Below are positions 26,358 to 35,831 of a DNA stretch of 43,932 nucleotides, in pieces (positions within the stretch are counted from its first letter, which is position 1; every line of letters starts with the position of its first letter). Source of the DNA: Syntrophus sp. (in: bacteria). Its GTDB lineage: Bacteria > Desulfobacterota > Syntrophia > Syntrophales > UBA8958. The notes below the pieces were generated by a model. It saw only the letters and a list, made by a program, of their open reading frames with translations, made no database searches and was not told the origin of the DNA. A program made the translations under genes and the position numbers. The stretch lies in assembly GCA_003451635.1 (NCBI GenBank), contig DMAT01000275.1, positions 1-43,932 on the forward strand. The letters are read 5' to 3'.

Positions 26358-27462
26358 TGTATCTCTCCCAAAATTCCCGGATTGACGCCACTATCGAGTG
26401 AAGCTCTGTCTCCTCCAGTTCCGGATATATGGGCAGTGAGAGGATCTCGGCAGCCACTTTTTCTGTCTCTTCCATGCCGTCTCCGCAACGAAGACGGCAA
26501 TGGTAGGCTGGTTGCAAATGGATCGGAACAGGATAATGGATAAGGGCCCCGATGCCATGTTCCGCAAGAAAGGACCGCAGAGCGTCTCTTCTTGGCGTTC
26601 TTGCAACATAGAGATGAAAAACGTGACTTCCCTGGGGATGGGTTTTCGGCAGCACCAGGTTCATATCAGCGAGGAGCCGGCTGTATTGATCGGCGATTTT
26701 TTTACGGCGGATATTATCATCATCCAGGGTTGGGAGCTTTACCCGCAAAATAGCCGCCTGGATCTCGTCGAGGCGCGAGTTCCCCCCTGGAATGGAACTG
26801 ATATATCGTTCGGCCCATCCGTATTCCCTGAGCAGTCGGCAGCGCCCGGCAAGATCCTTATCGCTTGTCGTCACCATGCCCCCGTCTCCACAGGCGCCAA
26901 GGTTCTTAGTCGGGTAAAAGCTGAAACAGGCTATATCTCCCCAAGTGCCGACGGGTCTTCCCCGGTAAGTCGCCCCGTGGGCCTGGGCGCAATCTTCTAT
27001 GACGCGGAGTCCCCGGGGGCGGGCGATATCCAGGATGGCCGCCAGGTCTGCGGGCTGTCCGTAAAGATGCACGGGGATAACTGCCTTGGTTCGGGGCCCG
27101 ATGGCGGATAACAGTTTGAGCGGAGCCATCGTGAAATAGTCCGGCTCGATATCCACCAGGACGGGGACGGCCCCGGCCGCTTCGATGGCCGCCACCGTGG
27201 CCACGGCCGTATGGGATACGGTAATTACTTCATCACCCGCACCAATGCCGCAGGCTTTTAAGGCCATCTGGATTGCCTCCGTACCGCTTCCCACACCGAT
27301 ACCGTGGGTGCAGCCGATGTATGCGGCAAATTCACTTTCAAAAGCGGCAACCTCTTTCCCCAGGATATACCAGCCTCTTTCCATGACATTCCTGACGGCG
27401 ACGTCGATGGCTTCTTTGCGTGCGTGATACGAGGCGAGGGGATTACTGGCTGGTATCATCAC
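26350..27462 (-). CDS. DegT/DnrJ/EryC1/StrS-family PLP sugar aminotransferase (second copy)
   Basis: [48 protein letters not shown]...[10 protein letters not shown]...[11 protein letters not shown]...[10 protein letters not shown]....[25 protein letters not shown]. Confidence 0.85.
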   Translation of the reverse strand: MMIPASNPLASYHARKEAIDVAVRNVMERGWYILGKEVAAFESEFAAYIGCTHGIGVGSGTEAIQMALKACGIGAGDEVITVSHTAVATVAAIEAAGAVPVLVDIEPDYFTMAPLKLLSAIGPRTKAVIPVHLYGQPADLAAILDIARPRGLRVIEDCAQAHGATYRGRPVGTWGDIACFSFYPTKNLGACGDGGMVTTSDKDLAGRCRLLREYGWAERYISSIPGGNSRLDEIQAAILRVKLPTLDDDNIRRKKIADQYSRLLADMNLVLPKTHPQGSHVFHLYVARTPRRDALRSFLAEHGIGALIHYPVPIHLQPAYHCRLRCGDGMEETEKVAAEILSLPIYPELEETELHSIVASIREFWERYND

Positions 27463-28676
27463 GGGATGTGAACCTCAGGCACATAAAGTATCCATTTGCC
27501 GCCGGCGGCTGTGAATGCTTGCTCCTTGGCCATAATCTCTTCAGCATGATTCCAGCCGAAGAGAACTGCATAATCGGGATAACGGGCCTTAAACTCCTCG
27601 TAAGGACGGATGGGGATATGAACTCCAGGACTGTATTTCCCCTGTTTGATCGGGGTGGTGTCGCTGATATATTCCAGAAGATCCGGCGTGATGCCACAGA
27701 AGTTCGTTACAGTTGTGCTCTTTGACGTCGCGGCGTAGGCGGCAACCCGTTTCCCTTGCCGTTTCAGGTCTTTTAAAAGGGCGATGAGGTCTTGCCGGGA
27801 TTTCTCCACATGACTGCGAAAAATTTTGTAGGTTTCCCTATGATCCAACTTTTGCGTCCTTTCCCTTTCGTCCAACTTCCGGACGGCCGCGGAGACTGGA
27901 TAGGCGCTACGGTGGGAAATGACATACCGCATCGATCCGCCATGGACGTTCTGCGGCTGAACATCGACAACGTCCATGTCATATTGAGAAAATAGATAAC
28001 GTACGGATGCAAGAGAGAAATAGAAAGCATGCTCGTCGTATATCTGATCATAAGATGTCTTCTCGATGATATCTCCCAGATAGGGATCTTCAAAAATAAC
28101 AAATCCTTCCGGTTTCATAAGGATCTTGATCCCAGCGATGACGGAGTGAAGGTAAGGGATGTGACACATTACATTAGCCCCGAGAAACACATCGGCCTGA
28201 CCATGAAGATCCACGATTTCCCTGGCTAGTGTTTCATCAAAGAAACGGCAGATCGTCTGTACGCCATTTTCTCTGGCGACGGCGGCTACATTCGCCGATG
28301 GCTCGATGCCAAGATGCCGAATGCCCGCCTTGGCGAAGTGTTGAAGCATGATCCCGTCATTACTGCCGACTTCCACGACAAAGGGGTCGTTTTTCCCCAG
28401 GTATCTTTCTCGCGCGAGTAGAGCGAGGGACTCAAAGTGATCGGCCATCCGTGCCGAGGTAGAGGAAAAGAAGGCGTAATTTTCATGGAACATCCGCTCA
28501 CGGTCAACCAGTTCGGTGAGTTGTACCATCTTGCAGCCATCACAGAAACCAACGTTGAGTTCAAAAAAATATTCTTCAGAAAACTGCTCAGCCGTAAGAA
28601 AACCATTCGCGATCGGCATCCTGCCGAAGGATATGAAGGGGCTTATGTTCTTATTGCAGACGAGACATTGTGTCAT
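27459..28676 (-). CDS. NDP-hexose C-methyltransferase-like enzyme (Zn-ribbon + class I SAM MTase + C-methyltransferase C-terminal domain)
   Basis: N-terminal [24 protein letters not shown]...CDGC Zn-binding motif, then VVEVGSNDG MTase motif. The architecture resembles TylCIII-type sugar C3-methyltransferases. ATG 28676 overlaps the upstream stop (ATGA). Confidence 0.7.
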   Translation of the reverse strand: MTQCLVCNKNISPFISFGRMPIANGFLTAEQFSEEYFFELNVGFCDGCKMVQLTELVDRERMFHENYAFFSSTSARMADHFESLALLARERYLGKNDPFVVEVGSNDGIMLQHFAKAGIRHLGIEPSANVAAVARENGVQTICRFFDETLAREIVDLHGQADVFLGANVMCHIPYLHSVIAGIKILMKPEGFVIFEDPYLGDIIEKTSYDQIYDEHAFYFSLASVRYLFSQYDMDVVDVQPQNVHGGSMRYVISHRSAYPVSAAVRKLDERERTQKLDHRETYKIFRSHVEKSRQDLIALLKDLKRQGKRVAAYAATSKSTTVTNFCGITPDLLEYISDTTPIKQGKYSPGVHIPIRPYEEFKARYPDYAVLFGWNHAEEIMAKEQAFTAAGGKWILYVPEVHIP

Positions 28677-31000
28677 GATTTGGCCTCCTGCCGGTATTTC
28701 ATATCTTTTATGACAACTCGGGACATTCTTTCGGCATCGGCTATACATTTTTTGTAAGTGTCATGGAGATGCCCATTATCGGGGAATAAAAAAATGGCTT
28801 CCCTGATACGTTTTAGAACATCAGTAATGTTAAAATATTCCAGATACTTAGATTCTTTGCGTATACCGTCATCATAAGACCGACTGTCCCATGTAAAATA
28901 ATAGACGTCTTTTTTGACAAGCTGCATAAGGCGCTCAATTTCATTATCTAATTGTTGCTTCCATCGTATCCTGAAACAATGAACAATTTCATTAGTCAAT
29001 GCCTCTTTTCGTTCTGGAGCGATTATCGAATGATTTATCAATTCGCAGTGTGCATATGTAAATCTGCAGAAAGGAAGGGAAAGTCCCTCTTCAAGGGTCA
29101 CGGGATCATTCGAGTAGAGGATTTCGGCATAATGTTGAGCCATGGTTACATCATATTTCCTTGTAAGTATCCGGATGAATAGGGCATCATCAATTTGGAT
29201 GATCTTGCCTAACAAAGCTATTTCGGCAAGAAAGAGATTGTCGTGGGCATAGGCATTCTTTACGCGCATCGAGCGCGTTTTCCGCACGTAGCGATTCCTG
29301 AAGAGTCCATAGATGGCATTACACATCTGCAATTCCCGGATAACATGGACAAATCTTTCACAGGGATCATCCTGATCCGCCTTCACCGAGTCGTTTCCTA
29401 TGCCTAAGTATTCGTAATCTTTGTTAAATACTTTAGATCGCGGATAAACCAAAGCTATGGATTCCTCCTTGTCCCTCTCCATCCACTCCATACACTTGCT
29501 GATGCAAGACTTTTCCAACCGGTCATCGTAGGAAGCCCACATAAAAAACGGAGACGGCGCCAGTTCAATCATGCGTTGAAAAATATGACAGCCAAGGTAA
29601 TCAATTCTATCATCTGTCGGTAGGTATTTCACTCGACGATCCATCTTCTGGTAATTAGTGCATACTTCCCGGACAAAGGGATCGGATCCATGATCGGATA
29701 CCATCAATTCGATATCTGTGTAATCCTGGGATAGGATGGACTCGATTGCATCGGCCAGCATGGCGCCGCCGCTGTAAAGAGGCAGGCCAATTGTAACGAC
29801 AGGCCGTTTCTTAATGTGGCCTTTCTGCTGCGTTGACCTTTGCCGTGCATTTCCAGTCTTATCGTTCACGTATCCGTATTTTAATGCATATTTCCAGCAT
29901 GATTGTTCAATGGTCTGTCTGAACTCGTGCGACCACTCGCTCACCGCAGGGAAGCGGCCATAATTATTGGCATTCCTTTTAACTTTGATTACCTCCGAAA
30001 CGCGGGAGGAAGAAAAACCCTTTAAATTAAGAAAATCAAACAACTTACGGATGGTCCGGACGTTGCCAAAGAGATCTTCAAAGTGAAGAACCATAAACCT
30101 GTCTTGATCAAGGTTTTCCGTTACCTTTTCAATGAGGTTATTGAACTCATTCCATAGCCAGCAGATTTTATCTGCCTGGCTCTTCTTCTTCCATTGGATA
30201 TAAGTATCGGTATCCTTTGATGGAGTAAATCGATATGTATCATCTCCATGACCGTGATAAAAGTTTTGGAAAAGGGCAGAGCGGGTAAAGGTAAGAGGAT
30301 CACGCACAAGAATGACGAATTTGGCTTTAGGAATTGTCTCTGCTAAGACATCAGAAAAGGCGGTAATGGCCGGCGATGTTTCTCCAAAGACAAAGCCATC
30401 TTTTGATGTTTGCTGAATAAGGGGATAATGATAATTGGATAAAAATTCCTTCTTATCGATCCTGTTCCAGAATGCCTCCAAAGACCCCTGTCCCACCTCT
30501 GGCCGGGACGTGTGGAATGACCTGACGTTTTCTGCGGTGTTTATTACTTCATTCAAGGTTTTGCTGCCGCAGCGACCGGAAGAAAGAACGAAGAAAGATT
30601 CTGCATTAAGAACTTCTGATGGCACGGTCCGATTCTTCCCTTGGCAGATCTGTTTTTTGATATCCTCCAGAAATAATCCAAGTTCATGATCCTGGGTAAC
30701 CTTTGCCATTGCCATTTCCATGTACGGAATAAACTGAGACGCCTCGCCTTGTTTATTTAACAAATCGTATAAATTCATCAGTCCATCTTTATGTACAGGA
30801 TCAATAGACAGGATTTTTTTGAAAATATCTTGGGCAAGATCATTCTGTCCCTCATAAAACAGAATAACGGCAAGGTTGTTGAGACCCTCCAAGTGATAAG
30901 GATTAATTGTTATGATAGACAAGAAACAACCCTTCGCTTCTTGCAAATTGCCTTCAATGTAAAGCTTCTTACCGCTTATGATTAAATCTTCGATATTCAT
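28673..31000 (-). CDS. Three-domain protein: N-terminal TPR, central sulfotransferase-like domain, C-terminal GT2 glycosyltransferase
   Basis: TPR (YIEGNLQEAKGCFLSIITINPYHLEGLNNLAVILFYEGQNDLAQDIFKKILSIDP). Sulfotransferase-like 5'-PSB loop FFVLSSGRCGSKT and 3'-PB motif FVILVRDPLTFTRSA. GT2 motifs VVTIGLPLYSGGAMLADAIESILSQDYTDIELMVSDHGSD and a YDD motif. Confidence 0.65.
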   Translation of the reverse strand: MNIEDLIISGKKLYIEGNLQEAKGCFLSIITINPYHLEGLNNLAVILFYEGQNDLAQDIFKKILSIDPVHKDGLMNLYDLLNKQGEASQFIPYMEMAMAKVTQDHELGLFLEDIKKQICQGKNRTVPSEVLNAESFFVLSSGRCGSKTLNEVINTAENVRSFHTSRPEVGQGSLEAFWNRIDKKEFLSNYHYPLIQQTSKDGFVFGETSPAITAFSDVLAETIPKAKFVILVRDPLTFTRSALFQNFYHGHGDDTYRFTPSKDTDTYIQWKKKSQADKICWLWNEFNNLIEKVTENLDQDRFMVLHFEDLFGNVRTIRKLFDFLNLKGFSSSRVSEVIKVKRNANNYGRFPAVSEWSHEFRQTIEQSCWKYALKYGYVNDKTGNARQRSTQQKGHIKKRPVVTIGLPLYSGGAMLADAIESILSQDYTDIELMVSDHGSDPFVREVCTNYQKMDRRVKYLPTDDRIDYLGCHIFQRMIELAPSPFFMWASYDDRLEKSCISKCMEWMERDKEESIALVYPRSKVFNKDYEYLGIGNDSVKADQDDPCERFVHVIRELQMCNAIYGLFRNRYVRKTRSMRVKNAYAHDNLFLAEIALLGKIIQIDDALFIRILTRKYDVTMAQHYAEILYSNDPVTLEEGLSLPFCRFTYAHCELINHSIIAPERKEALTNEIVHCFRIRWKQQLDNEIERLMQLVKKDVYYFTWDSRSYDDGIRKESKYLEYFNITDVLKRIREAIFLFPDNGHLHDTYKKCIADAERMSRVVIKDMKYRQEAKS

Positions 31001-31020
31001 ATCAACTCTCGTTGACCAAG

Positions 31021-32613
31021 CTATGCAGAAATCAGACCAGCGGGAGTTTTCTTGAAGCTCTTTTTACATGCCGGACACCGGAATAATTTTGCAAGCTTTT
31101 CGCCGCAGATGCAGGCCCAGCCAATTTGTTTGGCCGGATTGCCGACCATCAGGGCGTGATCGAGAACATCTTTAGTAATCACAGCCCCAGCGCCAACGAA
31201 TGCATAGTTACCGATGGTATGGCCGCAGACGATGGTGCAGTTTGCTCCCAAGGTCGCGCCTTTTTTGACGAGGGTAGGGCGTACCTGGTCCATCTTGGAG
31301 AATTTGGCGCGGGGGTTATGGATATTTGTAAAGACCATGGAGGGTCCGCAGAAGACGCCGTCTTCCAAGGTGACGCCTTTGTAAACACTGACGTTGTTCT
31401 GGATCTTGCAGCCATCGCCGATATTGACATCAGGTCCGATGACGACATTCTGACCGATGTTGCATTGCTCACCGATGGTGGTTCCGGACAAAACGTGGGA
31501 GAAGTGCCAGATATTAGCTCCCTTGCCGATACGAACACCGTCATCGATAATTGCCGTCTCGTGAACAAAGGCGTCTTTGGGTGGCGAGAATTTGACGGTT
31601 TTAGGTGTTGACCCGACGGAAATGGGGACGTCCTTTTCCTTCATGGATTTCTGACTCAACTCCAAAACATGAAGGACCCGCAGGCCTTCCTCGCCGGAGG
31701 TGAAGGGTTGCTGTCCGGTTGTAATCGCTCCGATAAAAGCCCGGCATTCCGCCTTCAATGGTTCTTCCCATTGATCGGAAAGACTGACGGCGATGGCCGC
31801 GGCCTTTTCCGCAATGGGCAGCCCGTCTTTCCAATTGATGATATGTGGATATAGAACAAGTTTTTCATCGACATCTTGGGTATCGTCAAAGACCAGCATT
31901 CCCTGGCTTCCCACGACGACAAGACGCTGCTCCTTATAAGGATTCAGCCAGCTCACGAAGATGTGAGCGCCGATTCCCGAGGGAAACTTGAGGTTCGTCA
32001 TAGTGACGTCGGCGATGGAGGCATGGAGAAAATTACTGCCCACGGCGTCCACATAAGAGGGATCTTCACCGACGATGCTGAGGATCAGGGATATGTCATG
32101 GGGGGCAAAGGACCATAGGATGTTCTCTTCCCGTCGTATTTTGCCAAGACTGAGGCGGCGGGAATAGATATACTGAAGACGGCCGATCTTTCCATCAGCA
32201 ATCATCTTCTTCAGTCTGACGACCCCCTGGTGATAATGAAGAATATGACCGACGAAAAGTATTTTCCCGGCAACACGGGCCTTGGCGACTAATTGGCGGC
32301 CCTCGTCATAGGTGACGGCCAGGGGCTTCTCGACGAAAACGTGTTTTCCGGCTTCAAGGGCCTGGGCAGCAAGAGCGAAATGGGTAACCGCCGGCGTGGC
32401 GATGACCACCGCCGTGATGGATGGATCATTAAGCGCGCCGTCAAGCTGACCGATGCAGGGAACATCGGGGTAATCTTTGCGCATTTGGACTTGTATTTGA
32501 CCGTCCCCATCGCAAATGGTTTTTAAAACTCCTAATTGATGGAAATTCCGTACAAGGTTTTTCCCCCAGTAACCGGCGCCGATTACGGAAATCTTTATAT
32601 TGCTTTTTTTCAT
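31021..32613 (-). CDS. Fusion of Gfo/Idh/MocA oxidoreductase (WbpB-like) and left-handed beta-helix acyl/acetyltransferase (WbpD-like), with a C-terminal Cys4 ribbon
   Basis: N-terminus [13 protein letters not shown]...VVIATP...H......[15 protein letters not shown]-terminal half carries hexapeptide repeats [64 protein letters not shown]. Tail [18 protein letters not shown]. Confidence 0.75.
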   Translation of the reverse strand: MKKSNIKISVIGAGYWGKNLVRNFHQLGVLKTICDGDGQIQVQMRKDYPDVPCIGQLDGALNDPSITAVVIATPAVTHFALAAQALEAGKHVFVEKPLAVTYDEGRQLVAKARVAGKILFVGHILHYHQGVVRLKKMIADGKIGRLQYIYSRRLSLGKIRREENILWSFAPHDISLILSIVGEDPSYVDAVGSNFLHASIADVTMTNLKFPSGIGAHIFVSWLNPYKEQRLVVVGSQGMLVFDDTQDVDEKLVLYPHIINWKDGLPIAEKAAAIAVSLSDQWEEPLKAECRAFIGAITTGQQPFTSGEEGLRVLHVLELSQKSMKEKDVPISVGSTPKTVKFSPPKDAFVHETAIIDDGVRIGKGANIWHFSHVLSGTTIGEQCNIGQNVVIGPDVNIGDGCKIQNNVSVYKGVTLEDGVFCGPSMVFTNIHNPRAKFSKMDQVRPTLVKKGATLGANCTIVCGHTIGNYAFVGAGAVITKDVLDHALMVGNPAKQIGWACICGEKLAKLFRCPACKKSFKKTPAGLISA

Positions 32614-32702
32614 ATGGTGTTTTTTATCCTCCTTTATATAGGTTACCCATTATCAGAAAAGAAGATATGTGGCAATTCAATCTGATATCATATGTTTGCT
32701 AG

Positions 32703-34598
32703 TTATTGACCATATTTTGAGTTTATCGATTGAATATGTTTTTTTGCGAGTATGCTGCCCGGATCGATGGAAATCGCTTTATGAAAATAATGAAGTGCCT
32801 GTGAGGAATCACCCAGGTGCAGGCTTATTTCGCCCAGGGTGATCAGGGCGGGAATAATATCACCGCTATTTGCTATTTCCATTTTTAAGCAGTCAATTGC
32901 ATTATTATATTTGCCGAATTTCAAAAATATAATTGCCTTCTGAATGTTTACTTTTTTAAATGCCGGCGCGAGTTGCAGGGTCTTGTCGAAATGCTCCAAT
33001 GCCTCGGCATGGTTTCCAAGGACGCTGTGGACAAGCCCGAAGGTATAGCGAATTGCCGGATGATTTATGATTGTGTCGGATGCGGTTTGCAGGATTCTCA
33101 GGGCCTCATGATCTTCATTTCGCCGCAGCAGGATACCGACCAGATTGTTGTATGCCCCTACATGAGAATTAGTCCGCTTGATGGTTTCACGGTAGGCATC
33201 TTCTGCCTCAGTCATTCTGCCCGCCTTTTCCAGGGCCATGGCTTTCAAAAAGAATGACTCCGAATTATCCGAAGAAATGCGCAGGCCTGTAGAGGTAACT
33301 TCCATCGCCGTTTGCGGTTCAAGTCCCAGCGATTGACTTTTGCTATTACCGGCAACATCGTGGGCAGGTTGTTCGTGCGATGCTGCGGCGACACTCTGCG
33401 CCTCGATCGAAGGAGGGGAGAGACGGTGTGCCTCTTCCATATATAAGCGGGCGCGATCGGGGTGGCCGGCCTCAGAGAGACTGATTCCTGCCTGGCGGCA
33501 GAGGAATGCCTTGTCGGGCGCGATTTCAAGGGCCCGGGCGTAAAGAATTTCCGCACCTTCCGGATCTCCCAAGCCTAGCTTCGCCATCCCCATCCAGCAG
33601 CAGATCTTCCATTCCTCGCTGTAGGTGGCAATCTCCACCATGTCCAGGCCGATTTCATGGTTCCGGTAGCGTTCGAGGGCTTCCCGGTACCTGTTTCCGG
33701 ACTCGATTATTCCGGACCAGTCCTTTTTCATAAGGCTGATCAACGTCTGGCTGGCGAAAATATCGATGTGACCTCCATAGCGGTCCAGGGCCTGCCGGCA
33801 GATTATTTCGGCCTCATCATTGCGTTGCAGTTGAATGTATGAGCGGGCGGCCGTGTAGTAGGCCTTCAAATACTGTTTGTGGGTGATCTGCTGCGCCTCT
33901 ACCAGTTCAATTGTGGTCAGGGACTCCCGGAGCGCCTCCTCGTTCTTGTTCATCGACGCGAAAGAGTTGCTGAGATAGAGATGGGCCAGGGCGTTTTCGG
34001 GATTCTCTACGATCTGTTTTTGCAGGAGTGTCGCCGTACGTTCGAACTTCTTCCGGGCCGCTTCGGGTCCCTGGTCGTAACCGTAGTGGATGATGCGTCC
34101 CAGTGAGGCCGCGTGGTTTTTGAAACCCAGGAGATAGTTGTGGACGATACCCTCATAGCGGATTCGTCCGTTCGATCGAAAGATCCTGATCGAGTCAAGG
34201 CAGACGGTTTCTTTCCCCTCATTGCAACTGTTTTCCACCTGCAAGGACAGCGCCTCGATCCCCTGCTTTTCGGCTAGAGCGACTTCCTCACGCAGGCTTC
34301 GCTGTGAAGAAGGCCGATATTGCTCGTCGGCGTCGATGATGAAGATCCAGCGCCCCTTGGCGTAGGAGATGGACTGGTTACGGTGGAGGCTGAAATCGTC
34401 CTGCCAGGGGTGGTGATAGATGCGGGATCTGAAGCTTTTTGCGATCTCTACGGTACGATCAGTCGAACCGGTGTCGACGATGATGATCTCGTCAACGTGG
34501 TCAACGACACTTTTTAGGCAGCTCCCGATGAAGGCTTCTTCATTCTTGACGATCATGCAGACAGAGAGGGTAGGTGGCTTACCTTTTTTCAATTTCAA
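32703..34598 (-). CDS. GT2 glycosyltransferase-TPR protein (third copy of the module in 16420-19269)
   Basis: LSVCMIVKNEEAFIGSCLKSVVDHVDEIIIVDTGSTDRTVEIAKSFRSRIYHHPWQDDFSLHRNQSISYAKGRWIFIIDADEQY followed by a long TPR region. Confidence 0.8.
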   Translation of the reverse strand: MKLKKGKPPTLSVCMIVKNEEAFIGSCLKSVVDHVDEIIIVDTGSTDRTVEIAKSFRSRIYHHPWQDDFSLHRNQSISYAKGRWIFIIDADEQYRPSSQRSLREEVALAEKQGIEALSLQVENSCNEGKETVCLDSIRIFRSNGRIRYEGIVHNYLLGFKNHAASLGRIIHYGYDQGPEAARKKFERTATLLQKQIVENPENALAHLYLSNSFASMNKNEEALRESLTTIELVEAQQITHKQYLKAYYTAARSYIQLQRNDEAEIICRQALDRYGGHIDIFASQTLISLMKKDWSGIIESGNRYREALERYRNHEIGLDMVEIATYSEEWKICCWMGMAKLGLGDPEGAEILYARALEIAPDKAFLCRQAGISLSEAGHPDRARLYMEEAHRLSPPSIEAQSVAAASHEQPAHDVAGNSKSQSLGLEPQTAMEVTSTGLRISSDNSESFFLKAMALEKAGRMTEAEDAYRETIKRTNSHVGAYNNLVGILLRRNEDHEALRILQTASDTIINHPAIRYTFGLVHSVLGNHAEALEHFDKTLQLAPAFKKVNIQKAIIFLKFGKYNNAIDCLKMEIANSGDIIPALITLGEISLHLGDSSQALHYFHKAISIDPGSILAKKHIQSINSKYGQ

Positions 34599-34634
34599 TT
34601 TTCCATTTACTAGACTGTATGTATTGTCGCTATG

Positions 34635-35384
34635 CTATTCTGCAGCGTTCTGTTTCCGAACGTAGGACAGCAGGGCCTTCCCCTCCGCAAATTCCGGATT
34701 GATATCCAGCCCCTGTAATATCGCCTCTTCAGCATCCTGCCATTCTTTCCTTTCAAGGTAGGCCCGGGCGATGTTGTAATACAATCCCTCATCCTCAGGA
34801 TGAAAGACAAGGGCTTTACGAAACTCGGCAATGGCGTCGTTGATATTTCCCGCTTTTCGATATGCAATGCCCTTGGTGTTGCAAAGCTGCAAAATCAGAT
34901 AATTCATTTCCGTATCTTCGCCAAGAATTGCCTTGGCTTTTGCGAAAGCGCCGTTATCGATAAATTCCTTGGCCTTTTGGACCAGCATTTCATGTGCAGA
35001 TTCGCTTGCGTCATTGTTTACGGTAGCATCGTCAATATCTTGACGTATCGATTCCTCCAATTGCGATGAAATCTCTTCTTCTTCAACCTGTAGGATTTGC
35101 TTTAAAAAATCCAGGGCGGTTTTAGCATCGTTATCACGAAAAGTTACAGGACCATACATCTCTTTAAAGGCCTTCGAGGCGGCCAGGTCTTGCTGAAAAA
35201 CGTTGATGTCGTTATTTAATTGCTTCTGATCGGCAGGGAGCATTTTGGTATGCATTGTTTTTTCCAAAACCTCTTTAAAACAATGAAGGCAGGAATAGAC
35301 ATTTTGCCGTTTTAGGTGCCGCTTTGCCTCGTCCAGCTTTTTTTGGATGACAGCGGCGTCTTCCCTTTTCAGTGGTTCTGCCAT
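34635..35384 (-). CDS. TPR-repeat protein, first gene of the minus-strand island
   Basis: C-terminal TPR motifs (GIAYRKAGNINDAIAEFRKALVFHPEDEGLYYNIARAYLERKEWQDAEEAILQGLDINPE). Function unknown. Confidence 0.6.
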   Translation of the reverse strand: MAEPLKREDAAVIQKKLDEAKRHLKRQNVYSCLHCFKEVLEKTMHTKMLPADQKQLNNDINVFQQDLAASKAFKEMYGPVTFRDNDAKTALDFLKQILQVEEEEISSQLEESIRQDIDDATVNNDASESAHEMLVQKAKEFIDNGAFAKAKAILGEDTEMNYLILQLCNTKGIAYRKAGNINDAIAEFRKALVFHPEDEGLYYNIARAYLERKEWQDAEEAILQGLDINPEFAEGKALLSYVRKQNAAE

Positions 35385-35516
35385 GGTTTCTCCTTTCTAA
35401 AAGTACCAATGCAAGGATGCGTCATAATAAATCTGTGTGATATTGAAGGATCTCAAATATTTATGACGCGTTTCAACTTATTCATAAGGCGTGCCAAATA
35501 TTAAATAATTAAATAT

Positions 35517-35543
35517 TTAAGTTTTTGGAAATTATTCCGATAA
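35517..35543 (+). promoter_or_regulatory. Sigma-28-type promoter upstream of the 70-aa ORF and the HD-GYP regulator gene
   Basis: TTAAGTTT-N11-TCCGATAA compared with consensus TAAAGTTT-N11-GCCGATAA. It ends 44 nt before ATG 35587. Confidence 0.65.
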
Positions 35544-35586
35544 ATAGTTCAGACGAGGAATACTCATAGGAAGGCGGTGCGTTTAT

Positions 35587-35799
35587 ATGACGATATTGGC
35601 TAATCAGGTAGATGGCGTCATTAAAGCATACAACAAACAGTATAAGCACAGATTCAGCATTGATAATGGCTCAGAGACTTCTCAAAGGGACAGGTATGCC
35701 GACGTGGTGACGCTTTCCAGGTTCGAAGATGTCAGAGGCGATGTTGAAGCGCAGATGACTTACAGTCTTGTTGATATCCTGAAAAAACAGAGTAGATAA
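35587..35799 (+). CDS. Small hypothetical protein (70 aa) behind a sigma-28-type promoter
   Basis: AGGAAGG SD 12 nt upstream of the ATG. I recognise no family. It lies in a genuine intergenic gap with its own promoter. Confidence 0.5.
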   Translation: MTILANQVDGVIKAYNKQYKHRFSIDNGSETSQRDRYADVVTLSRFEDVRGDVEAQMTYSLVDILKKQSR

Positions 35800-35831
35800 A
35801 ATCATCACATGAAAATGAGAGATTATAGCAA

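Noticed and set aside
24415-27111. Plus-strand ORFs of 219, 178 and 203 aa across the aminotransferase/cupin genes
   Set aside because: All of them overlap well-supported minus-strand DegT/RmlC-like genes and look like compositional shadows.
35419-35469. 9-bp inverted repeat GCGTCATAA ... TTATGACGC separated by 33 nt in the divergent intergenic region
   Set aside because: The arms are short and the spacer is long. It could be an operator pair or chance in AT-rich DNA, and there is no supporting context.
35481-35497. The minus strand reads TTGGCACG-CCTT-ATGAA, a perfect extended -24 element upstream of the island's first gene
   Set aside because: The -12 position reads GA instead of the near-invariant GC, so I do not call it a sigma-54 promoter. 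It is worth re-examining if a TSS maps about 12 nt downstream, around 35470.
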